NCBI GenBank assembly: GCA_038087875.1
Contig: JAXLNO010000385.1
Location: 558,001 to 622,000, forward strand
Direction of reading: 5' to 3'
Length of the DNA: 64,000 nt
From: Malacoraja senta
Lineage: Eukaryota
Every line of letters begins with the position of its first letter. The first letter of the stretch is position 1. The position numbers and the translations under genes are program-made. Below are positions 28,100 to 41,220 of this stretch, in pieces. Below the pieces are notes generated by a model. It was not told the origin of the DNA. It made no database searches and was given only the letters and a program-made list of their open reading frames with translations.

Positions 28100-31000
28100 A
28101 ATTTTACTATTTCTGGAAAAGCAGGAATTACCGGGAATTTTACTTCGGAGTCACGTGAGTGACTACGTGAAGAACCCCGCCAGTGCGCCTGCGCGTCAAT
28201 CTTCAAAGCAGCGGTGTGAAATCACAAAAAACAACAACCGAAGTAATATAGTCTCATAATAAACCGAGTAATACAAGAACTTCCATCTTACCTTTATGAT
28301 AGAGGGTAGGGTCATGGCGGGCACGTAATCACCTACGTAACTCCTCATAAAATAAAGATCAAACTTCAAACTTAGGTAAGTTCTCGTTTAATCTTACTAT
28401 TTTACTTCGGAGTCACGTGAGTGACTACGTGAAGATTTTAAAGCTTTGTGATTTCATGCCGTGGATCACTCCCGGCTTCTCACTGCATAGATTGACTCGG
28501 AATGAGAATAATCAATCATGCATTCATAATAACATTTGTACCACAAATGCAGTAATTCATTTCAATAATGAAATTAATCAGATCCCCTTTAAACCAGAGG
28601 AATTTACACAGAACTTAAAATAGTTTCTGCACACAATCCCGCGTTAACAATAGGCCGATGGTAAAAATGTTGAAACATCAACTCATTGGACCATCCGGCG
28701 GCTGCGAGGATATGGTCGACGGGGACGTCTTATGCCCTGGCCGCCGACTTTTCTGCTGCCCTAGCCGAGTGAGACGTAAAAACATAAGTGTTAATACCAG
28801 CAGCTGTTATGACTTCTTTTATCCATCAGGAAATAGTCTGTATTGAAACTCTCTTGTGTGGTTTCTTGTGTGTGATTAACAACCCAGTTTCCGTATTTCT
28901 TAAATTCTTTGTGACCTCAATGCATTGTCATCCCAATTCCTGGCACCCCAAGCCGCTGAGAGGGTTCTCCCGATGCCGGAGTACCATCACCCGGCGAGAA
29001 CGGCCAGGAACATCGAGCCTCCGTAGTGGCGACTGTGGAGGCCTCAATAGGCCCGACTATGGGTGGACATGGGGATGGGGACTGGACTTTGTGCCTTCCC
29101 CCACAGTGGGAACCATTGTGGGGGGATGTTTTTATGTTTAATGTTAAACTTCTTAATGCTATGTTGTATTTTTTTAGTGTGCTGCAAGGACATCAGAATT
29201 TCCCCTGAATAATGGGATTAATAAAGTAAAAATCAATCAAATCAATCAATCAAAATATGTCTTAACACAGAGACAAGGATCATTTGGATATGCTGCTAGC
29301 ATAATTTTAAATCCTGTCACACCTGGCCTAATTTGCTTTAATAGGTCATAGATATAGAATGTAACCTTGTCTTCAGTTACTTCCACAGTGTCTATTTGTA
29401 ATTTTCCAAGTGTTTGCACTCGTTGTGCTGTCACTCATGCCATAAGCATGAATACTTTCATCCTGAGCTTGACCAAAGGTAAAGACACACTTGGTGACCA
29501 TTCACGAAGTAGTTTGAGTACCACACTTACATCCCAGATTGTCATGTACCTAGGTTTCGGTGGTTTGGAATTAAAGATTCCTTTCATTATTCTGGAAAGA
29601 ATTGGGTGTGATCCAATTGGGTTTATTTCTGAATCCAGAACCAAATATGAGGGCAATGCACTTATGTCTGAATTAATTGTACTACAACTCAGACCCTCAT
29701 CATAATAGAGTTTTGACAGATTTTCTAAACATTTGAAATATCTGCAGTACTATATTGCAAATTCTTTTGTACACAGAACTTTTCCCATTTCTTAATATAA
29801 GAAAGGTACTGTTTTTGAGTGCTCTTCCTCCAGGCTGCCGTAAGCATGTCCACAGTACGCTCAGACAGTCCTCGCCCCCAGAAAAGGCCTTCTTAAACCT
29901 GCAAATCAACAAATCCAAACGATCATATAATGGATGTTGTTTCCCCGTTACAGGGTGCAGCAATAAATTACTCCTTTTTGGGACTTTCATCAACATTTGT
30001 GTTGTTAATTCTAATATCAACGGATACCATGGCTGTGTAGGCCAATTTGGTATTACCAATACACCTGAATCAGCATCTTGCCTGACTTTAGGCAAACACT
30101 GGCTTATAAGGCAGAAAAGTGGAAATATATATGACAACATACCACTCCAACGTAGCGAGAAAGAATCAATCGCCACTGCTCCTGGATCTGATTCACATGA
30201 GACATATCTCGATAGCTGATAATTCAGTCTAGATGTAAACAAGTCGATGTCGGGCATTCCAAATCTGATTACTATATCATTGAATACCTCTCGATTCAAC
30301 ATCCATTCTTATTATCATGGAACTTTCGTGACCTGGTGTCTGCTATCGTGTTCATTCTACCTGGTAGATAGATAGCTGAAATCCAAATATTCTTTTCAAT
30401 ACACCCAGTCCAAAGTTGATTAGCCATTTTGTCACATGACCCTGACTTGATTTCATCCATATCATTAATATAGGCAATTGCTGTTGTGTTTATCAATCTG
30501 AACTTGAACGTCTTTTAGTTGTGTTAGAACAATAACCTTGGAGTCCATAGAAACATCCTAAAACTCCAAATAGTTAACTGCCCATGTCTGCAGTAACAAT
30601 GACTCTTCCTGATTCCATCTACCTCCGCAGCTAGATGCTAAGTCAGTTTCACCCCATCCTAGTGTACTGGCATCTGTTTATAATATCATGGAAGGTTTGT
30701 TCAATCAGCACTCTGCTGGAACTGCTTGAGACACGTAGAATCCACCACTGCAGATCAGAAACAGCATTTGTTGTCAGTCGCATGGTTCTATCAAAATGAC
30801 CATCATGCATTCTCAGTGCCTGTTCTTTAACTCTCTGCAGCTGTTGATAATGTAATGGTCCGAATTGGACTGCTGGGAATGCTGCTACTAATTTTCCCAG
30901 TACTCGAGCCACCTGTCTGATTGAGGGTTTTTGCTCGTTTACCAGATTACTGCAATCTTTAATCAACTCCACCCTTTTTTCACTGGGCAAAGTAATTTTC

Positions 31001-31423
31001 ATTTGGACTGAATCAATTGTGAACCCCAAATAATCAATCGAGGTACATGGTGTTAACCTTGATTCCTTTGGATGAATTAGAAACCCCAAACTTTCAAAAG
31101 TTGATTTCACAACTGCCACAGATGCTTCTGTTGACTGTTTTGTCCTTCCTATAATCAGGACATCATCCAAAATATGCCATTAGTACATGCCCCTGGCTTC
31201 TTAGCAACCCCAGAATTGGTTTTAATAATTTTGTGAATATTCTGGGAGCGGACGTTAACCCATTAGGCAAAGCTTTGAACTGCCATAACTGGTTCATCCA
31301 TGTAAATTTAAGATACTGAATATGTATCTTTTAAATCTATAGTTGCCATATGACATGCTTCTGAAATAAGTTGTTTGGCAGTCACAAATGTCTCTTTTAA
31401 AATGTTTAAATTAAACAAAAGGA
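28100..31423 (-). mobile_element. DIRS-type tyrosine-recombinase retrotransposon, degenerate, 5' part cut by the gap
   Basis: Domains occur in order on the minus strand: RT (DDVLIIG...LGFLIHPKES...DYLGFTIDS), RNase H (NTTAIAYIN...YLPGRMNTIADTRSR), methyltransferase-like (PDIDLFTSRLN...AIDSFSLRW...PNWPTQPWYP), then YR (HPILSRIMKGIFNSKPPKPRY..WDVSVVL, TAQRVQTL, FTSHSARAA...ILAAAGWS). A 37-bp repeat occurs at 28137 and 28399. An unrelated short insert lies at ~28925..29250. Confidence 0.9.
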
Positions 31424-31623
31424 NNNNNNNNNNNNNNNNNNNNNNNNNNNNNNNNNNNNNNNNNNNNNNNNNNNNNNNNNNNNNNNNNNNNNNNNNNNNN
31501 NNNNNNNNNNNNNNNNNNNNNNNNNNNNNNNNNNNNNNNNNNNNNNNNNNNNNNNNNNNNNNNNNNNNNNNNNNNNNNNNNNNNNNNNNNNNNNNNNNNN
31601 NNNNNNNNNNNNNNNNNNNNNNN
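31424..31623. other. Assembly gap (200 N)
   Basis: Run of N. Confidence 1.
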
Positions 31624-31640
31624 GGTCCCACTTGGTTTAG

Positions 31641-31684
31641 TAACTATTAAAAGTATGATCTTGGATGTGTGTGTGTCTGTGTGT

Positions 31685-31753
<69 letters not shown>

Positions 31754-31864
31754 AGTGTGTGTGTGTGTGTGTATGTGTGTGTGTGTATGTGTGTGTGTAT
31801 GTGTGTGTGCGTGTGTATTTGTGTGTGTGTGTATGTGTGTGTGTATGTGTGTGTGTATGCGTGT

Positions 31865-31907
<43 letters not shown>

Positions 31908-31949
31908 CGTGTGTGTGTATATATGTATGTGTGTGTGTGTGTGTGAGAG

Positions 31950-31987
<38 letters not shown>

Positions 31988-32061
31988 GGTGTGTATGTGA
32001 GTGTATGTGTGTGTGTGAGTGTGTGTGTGTGTGCGTGTGCGTGTATGTGTGTGTGTGTGCG

Positions 32062-32130
<69 letters not shown>

Positions 32131-33034
32131 ATGTGTGTGTGTGTGATTGTGCGTTTGTGTGATTGTGCGTTTGTGTGTTATCACATTTTCGCCAAAAAAA
32201 CGACGCGGAAACGCTAAAATCTTTACATATTCCTCTACACATTTTTCCTGTGGAGTCTAAAATCTACCTTTCTGAAGATACCACGCTTTATTTCGCGACA
32301 TTACTGAAAATGTTTAAAAATATGACAAAACTCAATTTCAAAACGACTGCCTTTCGCTGATGATGCCACAATGGGTCTTCTCCTCGCGCCGTTTTTCCAC
32401 GCGATGCGAGTGACGTCCCCCCCCCCCCCCACCACCCCGACCCCGCCGTTATTCAATGGACGATACCGGAGATGAAGTCGGTCCCTGGACTGAAGCCGCC
32501 GAACTCGCAATCCTTCGGTCGCCGGCCGGCCGCTCTCCGCTCTCTGTCTCTGCCCGCCCCCACTCCCTCTCTGCCCCCGTTCCCTCTCTGCCCCTCCGCT
32601 CCCTCTCTGCCCCCCGCTCCTTTTCTGCCCCCCCCCCGTGCTCTGTCTATGCCCTCTGTCTCTGCCCTCTATGTGCCTCTGCACTCTCTCAGACTCGGCC
32701 CTCTCTCTGCCTCTGCCCTCTCCGTCTGCCTCTGGCTTCTCTCTGCCTCTGCCCACTCTCTGCCTCTGCTCTCTCTCTCTTTACCCCCTGCTCTCTCTAG
32801 ACGCGCCTGCCAGTTGGGGGCGAAGAGTGAGTGGGTATGGGGGGGTGGGGTAAAAGGAGCGAATGAAATATATTAATGTAATATCAAGCGGGGTGGTTAA
32901 TTTGTGTGTTCATGGGTGTGGGGGTGGTTAATGTGTGTGTGGGGAGGGGGTGGTGGTTAGTGTGTGTGTGACGCCCCCCCCCCCCGCAACCGTGCGTTGA
33001 GGGGACAGGACCCAACGGGTCCCACTTGCTCTAG
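31641..33034 (+). mobile_element. Non-autonomous Helitron-like element with (TG)n near the 5' end
   Basis: The 3' end has hairpin GGACCC-AAC-GGGTCC followed by cacttgctCTAG|T. The 5' part is related in reverse orientation to ~55..260 and ~950..1240. Confidence 0.75.
31666..32178. repeat. (TG)n microsatellite
   Basis: Direct reading. Confidence 0.97.
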
Positions 33035-33072
33035 TGAAAGCTTAAAATGTGAATAACTTAAAATTAGAACAA

Positions 33073-33775
33073 CTATTTAAATCTTAATCTCAACGATTTA
33101 TGGATCGTTGTAGCAACACTTGACTGAATGGGGAATTGGCTCCGCTGCAGGGGAATGACTTCGCCTTCTGTCAATTTGAGCGTTATCCTAGGAATGAGAA
33201 CAATGTCATCTTTGAAGGCTCCCATGTTAATTCTTGCAACGATCAGATTATTGTGCAGCTCTTCCACAATCGTTCCATTGCTTAGCTTTGGCGGTTCTAA
33301 GTTTCTCATTAACATGATCGGAGATCCTTTATTCAATTCCAATATGCTGGAAATGCATTAGGTCCCAATGATCCTTTATTCAATTCCAATGTGTGTGGTG
33401 ATAATGCATAGATGTCGAGTGAATCAAGGAAAGCTGTTGGGAAGCATTAGTTCCCTCAGTGACATCATTGATTGAAAAGTACTCCTTAATAATTCCAGGG
33501 AAGCATCTGATACATGGAGAATTGATGCTTCTCATCGTATCGTTTGTGCGGAACCAAGATACAATTGTCGGAGAATAATTCTACAGGATTGTCAAATGCG
33601 GGATAGATGAAATCAATACAATGTTTTTGCTGATAGAACCATGTCTTCTGGCATTACAATTTCATCGTCTTCACTCTTTCAAATCTCGTCTTCTCCAACT
33701 TTCAACACAAATGGGAATAGTCGCCTTCTCCCTCTGTCAATCGCATATTCGGCTGCAATTGAAACTATGTAGCGC
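33073..33775 (-). mobile_element. Helitron RepHel PIF1-helicase remnant
   Basis: Reads GSPIMLMRNLEPPKLSNGT...IVLIPRITL...QRSQFPIQSSVATTIHKS, matching PIF1 C-terminal motifs. Upstream frameshifted pieces read LQPNMRLT, FVLKVGED, CILVPH and SINS..CFPGIIKEYFSIND. Confidence 0.85.
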
Positions 33776-33779
33776 TGCC

Positions 33780-35370
33780 AGGCGGGGGCCGGTGGGGGTG
33801 GAGTGGAGAAGTGTCCTGCATCTGGGGACGGGGACGGCTTCAGGCGGGGGCTGTTGGGAGCTTCCTGTAACTGGAGGAATGGGACAGCTTCAGTTGTGGG
33901 GCAGCGGGAGCGTCCTGTAACAGGGGACGAGGACCGGTTGGCAGGGGTGGTCTTGAAGCAGGGGGACAGGGACAGCTTCAGGTGGGGGTTGCCGGGGCCA
34001 GTAGGGGTGGGGGGGGCGACCATCCTGCAGCTTCGGGAGGGGGACAGCTTCAGGTGGGCCTTTGGGGGCCAGTGTGAGCTTCCTACAGCCGGGGAGCGGA
34101 GCAGCTTCAGGCGGAGAATGTCGGGGACGATGGTGGTGGTGGGTCGAGCGACCCGCAGCCCGGGGAGGGGGGCGGGATGGGGCGCCGGCAGAAGGGGAAG
34201 GGGACGTCTTCAGGAGGGGGCTGTCGGGGCGGGGTGGAGCGTCCTACAGCCGTGGGTGGGGAACGGCTTCAGGCGTGGGCTGGCAGTTGAGGGGCGGCAG
34301 CGCCATATACCCGGGGAGGGAGACGGCTTCAGGCAGGGGCTGTCGGTGAACAGTGGGGGGGAGAGCGTCCGGCAGCCGGGGGAGGGGAATGGCTTCAGGC
34401 GGGGGCCAGAGTGGGGGGTGGTTCTGGAGGGCTGGTATAGGTGTTGTGGGTCGAAGGGACTGGTTTCCGGAGGGCTAGTACAGGCATTGTGGTCCGAATG
34501 GACTTTTCTTGGGCAAGTCCTGCAACTGGGGACGGGGAGTGTGACGGCTTCAGGTGGGGGCCGTAGGAGGCGGCGCTGCCGTAGCCTACGTTTGGGGAGG
34601 GGGTGTGCGAGGGGAGGGGAATGTGTGGGTGTGTGTGAGGCGGTGATGTGCCCCGGCCAGCGCCCGGCCCCCGCCAGCGCCAGGCTCCCTCAAACCCCCC
34701 ACACTCACTCCTTACTTCCGCAGGATCTCGAGGTTGTAGCAGTCGGCCAGGCTCCGCACCGCTCCCAACTCCGGGCCGCCTCCGGAATTCCCAGACTCGG
34801 GGCGGCTCCTAGGCTTCCCGGCGGCTGCGGGGCTCACCGGCTTCGGGACGGCTCCGGCCTCACCGACTTCGGGACGGCTTCGGGACGGCTTTGGGGCGGC
34901 TTCGGGGCTCACCGGCTTCGGGACGGCTCCGGCCTCACCGACTTCGAGACGGCTTCGGGACATGTTCGGGACGTCTTCGGGGCTCACTGACTTCGGGGCG
35001 GCTTCGGGGCGGGGCAGGACGGCGGAAGGACGCATTCGGGACGGATTCGGGACGGCCGCGGGGCTCACGGCGGCCCACGGACTCAGCCCGGCCTCCGTTG
35101 CTTTATTCTCCTCGCCCCGGTGATTGACAGCGGGTGCCGGAAGGGGCTTGGTCGACTGACAGGAGAGAAGACCAATCTGATGATCTTACGATATTTAAAC
35201 CTTCGTAACTTGTGTAATATTCCACCGGTCGGAAGAAACATTACTGCGCTTGTAGCACAGGGTTACGGCGAGCGAGGCGGGGAGGGGTGGAATCGTAGCG
35301 CTATCGGGGACCGTCTTTGCGCAAATATAAATACAGCGCAATCCGGAAGAGGACAAGATGAGTTTTAGTT
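33780..35370 (-). mobile_element. GC-rich repeat-containing 5' part of a putative Helitron (ACTAAAACTC start next to the GATA array)
   Basis: Homologous in opposite orientation to ~45230..46500. Contains internal ~60-bp degenerate repeats (ggcttcaggcggggg...gtcctgcagccgggg) and leads directly into the PIF1 remnant. Confidence 0.55.
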
Positions 35371-35379
35371 AAGTATCGA

Positions 35380-35919
<540 letters not shown>

Positions 35920-36545
35920 CATTGAGTATAGAAGTTGGGATGTAATGTTAAAATTGTACAAGGGATTGGTGAGGCCAATTCTGGAGTTTGGTGTACAATT
36001 TCGGTCGCCTAATTATAGGAAAGATGACAACAAAATAGAGAGAGTACAGAGGAGATTTACTAGAATGCTGCCTGGGTTTCAGCACCTAAGTTGCAGAGAA
36101 AGGTTGAACAAGTTAGGTCTTTATACTTGGGAGCGCAGAGGTTTAAGGGGGGACTTGATAGACGTCTTTGAAATTATGAGAGGGATAGACAGAGTTGACG
36201 TGGATAAGCTTTTTCCATTGAGAGAAGGGAAGATTCAAACAAGATGACCTGATTTGAGAATTAAGGGACAGAAGTTTAGGGGTAACATGAGGCGGACTTC
36301 TTTACTCAGAGAGTGGTAGCTGTGTGGAATGAGCTTCCAGTGGAAGCGGTGGAGGCAGGTTCGATTTTATCATTTAAAAATAAATTGGATAGGTATATAG
36401 ACGGGAAAGGAATGGAGGGTTATGGTCTGAGTGCAGATAGAAGGGACTAGGTGTGAGTAAGTGTTCGGCACGGACTAGAAGGGGCGACATGGCCTGTTTC
36501 CGTGCTGTAATTGTTATAAGGTTATATGGTTATATGGTTATAGTA
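35920..36545 (+). mobile_element. CR1 LINE 3' portion (second subfamily)
   Basis: LYKGLVRPILEFGVQFRSP...IERVQRRFTRMLPG with a (GGTTATAT)n tail. Related copy at ~48670..49330 (-). Confidence 0.88.
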
Positions 36546-37477
36546 ACATATAAAATTATAAAAGGACTGGACAAGCTGGATGCAGGAAAAAATGTTCCCA
36601 ATGTTGGGCGAGTCCAGAACCAGGGGCCACAGTCTTAGAATAAAGGGGAGGTAATTTAAGACAGAGTTGGGAAAAAACTTTCTCACCCAGGGAGTTGTCA
36701 ATTTGTGGAATTCTCTGCCACAGAGGGCAGTGGAGGCCAAATCACTGGATGGATTTAAAAGATAGTTAAATAGAGCTCTAGGGGCTAGTGGAATCAAGGG
36801 ATATGGGGAGAAGGCAGGCACGGGTTAGTGATTAGGGACGATCAGCCATGATCACAATGAATGGCGGTGCTGGCTCCAAGGGCCGGATGACATCCTCCTG
36901 CACCTATTGCCCATGTCTCTATGCTTCTATGAATATTTCAGCATCCCTTGCAATATCAGTGATGTCATGGTATGAATTATGATTTATTTTTGGGGGAAAA
37001 AACAAAAGTGGAATGGTAGATGGGTTCACTGGAGATGTCCATCGAAATCACACCAACATTAAATGAAATAACACAGTGTCATGGACCATTCTTTCATTGG
37101 ATAGCATAAATTCTTGTTTTCAGTGAAAAATACACAAAGTGCTGGTGTAACAGAGGGTCAGGCAACATTTTTGGAGAACGTGTATAGGTGACGTTTCGGA
37201 TAGTGACCATTCTTCAGGCTCTGTTTTCAACGACTCGCTTCGTGTTTTTTTTACTCGATCCTTAAATTATTCGCTTGTCATCTCCCATGGTGGAGTCAAT
37301 GGCTGTGGGGCAAGGTGTTTGTTCCGTGAGTGTCACTAATGTCAATCAGAAGGTATGAGGTCATGTCGCTGGAGACCTATCGCTCTATATATCTCGGTGC
37401 CCACCAGAAGGCATCGCCACAGAGCTACAGCGATGACGGACTGACGGAGCCACAGGAGTTAATTGTGTCTTCCAGCT

Positions 37478-39925
37478 ATGGGACATCAATTGATCTATCG
37501 AATTCAATATATATATCACCCTACAATAGCGGCTGTCGCTGTTTTCGGTAATTTGGTTTGTCTCTGATTTTCATGTACGCGCATTAGCTGTGAGACATTC
37601 CGTACACTCCGGCGGTGCCGACGTTAAACAAACATTGTTTGTGTATCAATAATTCACTTGTTTAATTTGGTTAGACATCCATGTTCCTACTGCAACTGCC
37701 GCAATGTATACTTCATGCCCGTTGTTTATCCTGGCCTGGATCACTGTCTGTACTGATCGCGCCGGCCAGAGCCCTGACCAGCGAGCAGGTATCAGATAAT
37801 CACACCCTGGTATGTTGGTCAGGAGCTGTGAGAATGGCAACTTGGGTTCCTTCCGTGGAGAGTCTGAAACGTGTTAGTGAAATGACACGTGTTCCCAATC
37901 GGACAAACCTGCTTAACTGAATATATAATCGATATATTCTCTGCACTCGTCGCTGCGTGAAGCGTAATCCCGCGTTAGACCTGTAATGCTACAGCTCATG
38001 AGGTAAAGCAAGTGAGCTGGGATGTGACTCTATGAAGGTGTCACGACTTTACTATGATGTAAACTCAGATGTTAACTCAGATGTAAACAGATGCTGTCAC
38101 GTAATTTTATATCAGTTAATGTTATGTATTTTGATATCTTCTCCTTCGGACGATCTGTAAATTCGAATTATATCCGCAGATGTATCTGTACATCTTCGCC
38201 ATCGTGCCACAGTCAGTACTGCCTGCATGGACGGAAATTCTAAGGAGGGACGGGAGCACCCCCCCCCGGTGCTTTGAGAGGTGGGGGACAATCCCACTTA
38301 TGTTTTGTAATCCGGAATTTATCAGAAGCTTTCTAAGGTCCGAACCGGCCAGTTTGCGGGTGCTTTCATCGCCCAGCGCGGCACAAAATCAACCCGCTGC
38401 ATCCAGGCGATCGAGGCTCCCCATGTTGAAGCCCCCGCCGGCCGATGAAAGGCCCCGCGAACGGGCCGATTCAAGCCCCACCATTCGGGGCGGACGAAGC
38501 TGCTGTTGCTGGAGTCGGTCACCAACCAGGTCAGCTTCCGATGTCACCGTCCCCCCCCCCATGTTTTGATAGCGATTTCCTTGCCTGACTGCCGGTGTCA
38601 CACAGTTTCGGCGACGCAGGTTCAATCTCCACCCTCCCGTGCTTTATGAGCAATGTTTCATCGTAAGTCTTCCGACTCCACGCTAATCTTGTCTGTGCGC
38701 ATGTTTCCTCCCACATGCAATTGACCTGCCTATTAATAGTTTCTGTAACTACTGTCCATGGGACAGTGTAAATGGATGCTACAATCTGGAGACAGTTCAG
38801 AAGAATGTGGGCAGTATTAACAGCTGTGAACGTAATATACATTGGTGTTGATGAGATGCGTGGACACCGTGGTCCAAAGGCTGTAGTCTCTGAACGTGGT
38901 CTGGGCTAAAGGTCATTTGGTCAACCAAATTTGAAGTTTGAAAACCTTCCAATCAGACAATGTCCCTCAGATACGTTTGTGCGGGGCTTATGTCAGTAAT
39001 ATCTCTTCTCTCTCTCACAGTGAACTTGTTGGCGATTGTGATTCTCTGTCGAGGTAAATGCGGTCTCTCCAAATGCATCACTGTCTACCTGGTGGCCATG
39101 GCAGCGTCTGATCTCCTGGTCGGCATCACCGATCCGTTTCTCCGTAAGACTATTCGAATTTACTTCCCGTATTCTTTGCTGAACATTACTCCCGTGTGCA
39201 CGACTATCTCATTCCTGGTCTTTGCATCCACCGCTGTCTCTGTCTGGCTGACGGTCGCCTTCACCTTCGATCGGTTTGTGGCTATTTGTTGTGAGAAGCT
39301 GAAAACAAGATATTGCACTGAGAGAACGGCGGCTGTGATTATCGGGGCAGTGAGTGTGCTGGGCTGTTTAGAGAACGTCCCCAGGTGTTTTACGTTAGAA
39401 CCTGGCTACGTGTCTGATAATCTTCCCAGGGGTTGCTACATCAAACCCACCTTCTATACGTCGTCTGCATGGATCGCATATGATGTCACACACCGCGTTC
39501 TAACCCCTTGTATCCCGTTCTTTCTGATCCTTCTGCTCAATGTGCTGACGGTCAGGCGGATTGTGGCGGCCAGCAGAGTCCGCAGGGGGCTCCGGGGAAA
39601 AAGCAACGGAGAGAATGACAAGGACCCGGAGATGGAGAACCGCAGGAAATCCATTGTTTTACTCTTCAGTATCACGAGCACTTTCGTCCTGCTGTGGGCA
39701 ACACAGGCCATATTTTACATCTTTACGCGTATTGCGAAGGTGCGAGTTGACAGCAACCCCACCGGTTATTACTACATCACAGATGTCACATCGACGTTCC
39801 TGCAGCTGCTCAGTACCTGCACCAACACGTGTATTTACGTGGTGACCCAGAGTAAATTCAGGGCTGAGCTGATCAACGCGGTTAAATTCCCAGTGAGTGC
39901 AATTCGTGCACTTGTCCGTCCGTGA
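37478..39925 (+). CDS. GPR139/GPR142-like class A GPCR, copy B; join(37478..37547,39021..39925), 324 aa
   Basis: Exon 1 reads MGHQLIYRIQYIYHPTIAAVAVF+G with a GTAATT donor at 37548. Acceptor tctctctcacAG ends at 39020, and the frame is continuous with the 38960..39925 ORF. It has the same 7TM motifs as copy A and is ~93% identical to it. Confidence 0.9.
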
Positions 39926-41220
39926 CCCTCTGATCCACGCCGATAGTTCAACATACATTTGCTCCCATCAGTGTTTGTCCACCCAATATTCCCATTCAAC
40001 TGCTCAGAATCTCCACTACGCACATACTCACACGGAACAGCTTGCAATGGCCATTTGAACCATCACTCGTAGAAGTTATAGAATCATACATCACTGAATC
40101 TGTCACTTTGGCTCAATTCGTCTCTGCTAACCGAGATGCGCCGTCAACGCGAGTCCGATTTGCCCGCGATTCCCCGACATTCATTTTAACCTTTCCTATA
40201 AATGCCCCCGTCCAATCACCCTAACGGGCTTGCCCCCTCCTTTATCAAAAATCTTCTATCCCACCATTCTACCTCTAGGTCCCTCAGGTCGGCTGACTTG
40301 GGGCTACTGACTATCTCGCGGTCTAGGTTTAAGCTCAGGGGCTGACCGCGCTTTTGCGGTTGCAGCACCTAGACTGTGGAACAGCATCCCTCTCCTCATC
40401 TGAACTGCCCCCTCTATCACTTCTTTAAATCGAGGCTCAACACCTATTTCTACACAATAGCGTTTTTGAGGCCCTCTAAGGGAGCGCTGTAAACAGTTTG
40501 TGTATGTATTGTTAGCTCTGTGTACCATTGTATGAAGCACATTAGTATCTGCTCTGGTCTACAGCACTTTGGTCAACGTGAGATGTTTTTAAATGTGCTA
40601 TACAAATAAAATTGACTGACTGGTCTTTTAAATATCGCGACTGTTTCATTCCAGCACGTCTGCAGGATGCGGGACTTAACCTGAGAAGCGGGGAAAATCC
40701 TCGCCGTCAGTGGGATAACATGATCCGATAAGTTAATCCATAAATTAATCTAGTGTGGATAAGAGCTAATTACAAGCGCATCATCGGGACCAATTTTTTG
40801 GAATTTCGTTTTGAATGGGAGGTCCGAAAGAATGCAAAACCGGATGGTATTCTGTACCTTAGTGATATTCTGATCTGCTGACTGTCATTGGCTCGCAGGC
40901 AACACAACAGGGCAAGAACCAGAAGCTCAAAGTAAATAGCCGTGTGCACCGTCATTTGAAAGTTCACCGTCGAAATTGACAGACACTGTTTTGGGCTTGT
41001 CTCCGCTTTCTTCTTATCGAGTCCACACACAAGATTAGAAGTCGTTCAGCCAGAGCTGAACACACTTCTCGGCATCTGCACAATGGTGTCTGTCTTGTCG
41101 CTTCCTGTGCTTCTTGTGCGTGGTGGTGGAAAGGTTGGTGGAAACAGGGGCCGTGATGTGAACGCTCTTTCCTTGAGCCCTTGTCTCCGCCAAGAGAGAG
41201 CGACAGGAGAAGCATGGCCC

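Noticed and set aside
29700..30302. Possible stand-alone DNA adenine methyltransferase gene
   Set aside because: It is the methyltransferase-like domain normally found after RNase H in DIRS elements, and is degenerate here.
31411..32217. His/Thr- and Cys/Val-rich ORFs
   Set aside because: They are translations of the (TG)n microsatellite and the N gap.
33803..34990. 395-aa Gly/Arg-rich ORF
   Set aside because: It derives from GC-rich internal repeats of a transposon-like element, and the frame is not conserved in the related copy at 45.2-46.5 kb.
38960..39020. ORF-track N-terminus MSLRYVCAGLMSVISLLSLT (and MSLRYICAG in copy A)
   Set aside because: It overlaps the polypyrimidine tract and acceptor, and the spliced exon 1 gives a family-typical TM1. 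Use as an unspliced isoform cannot be fully excluded.
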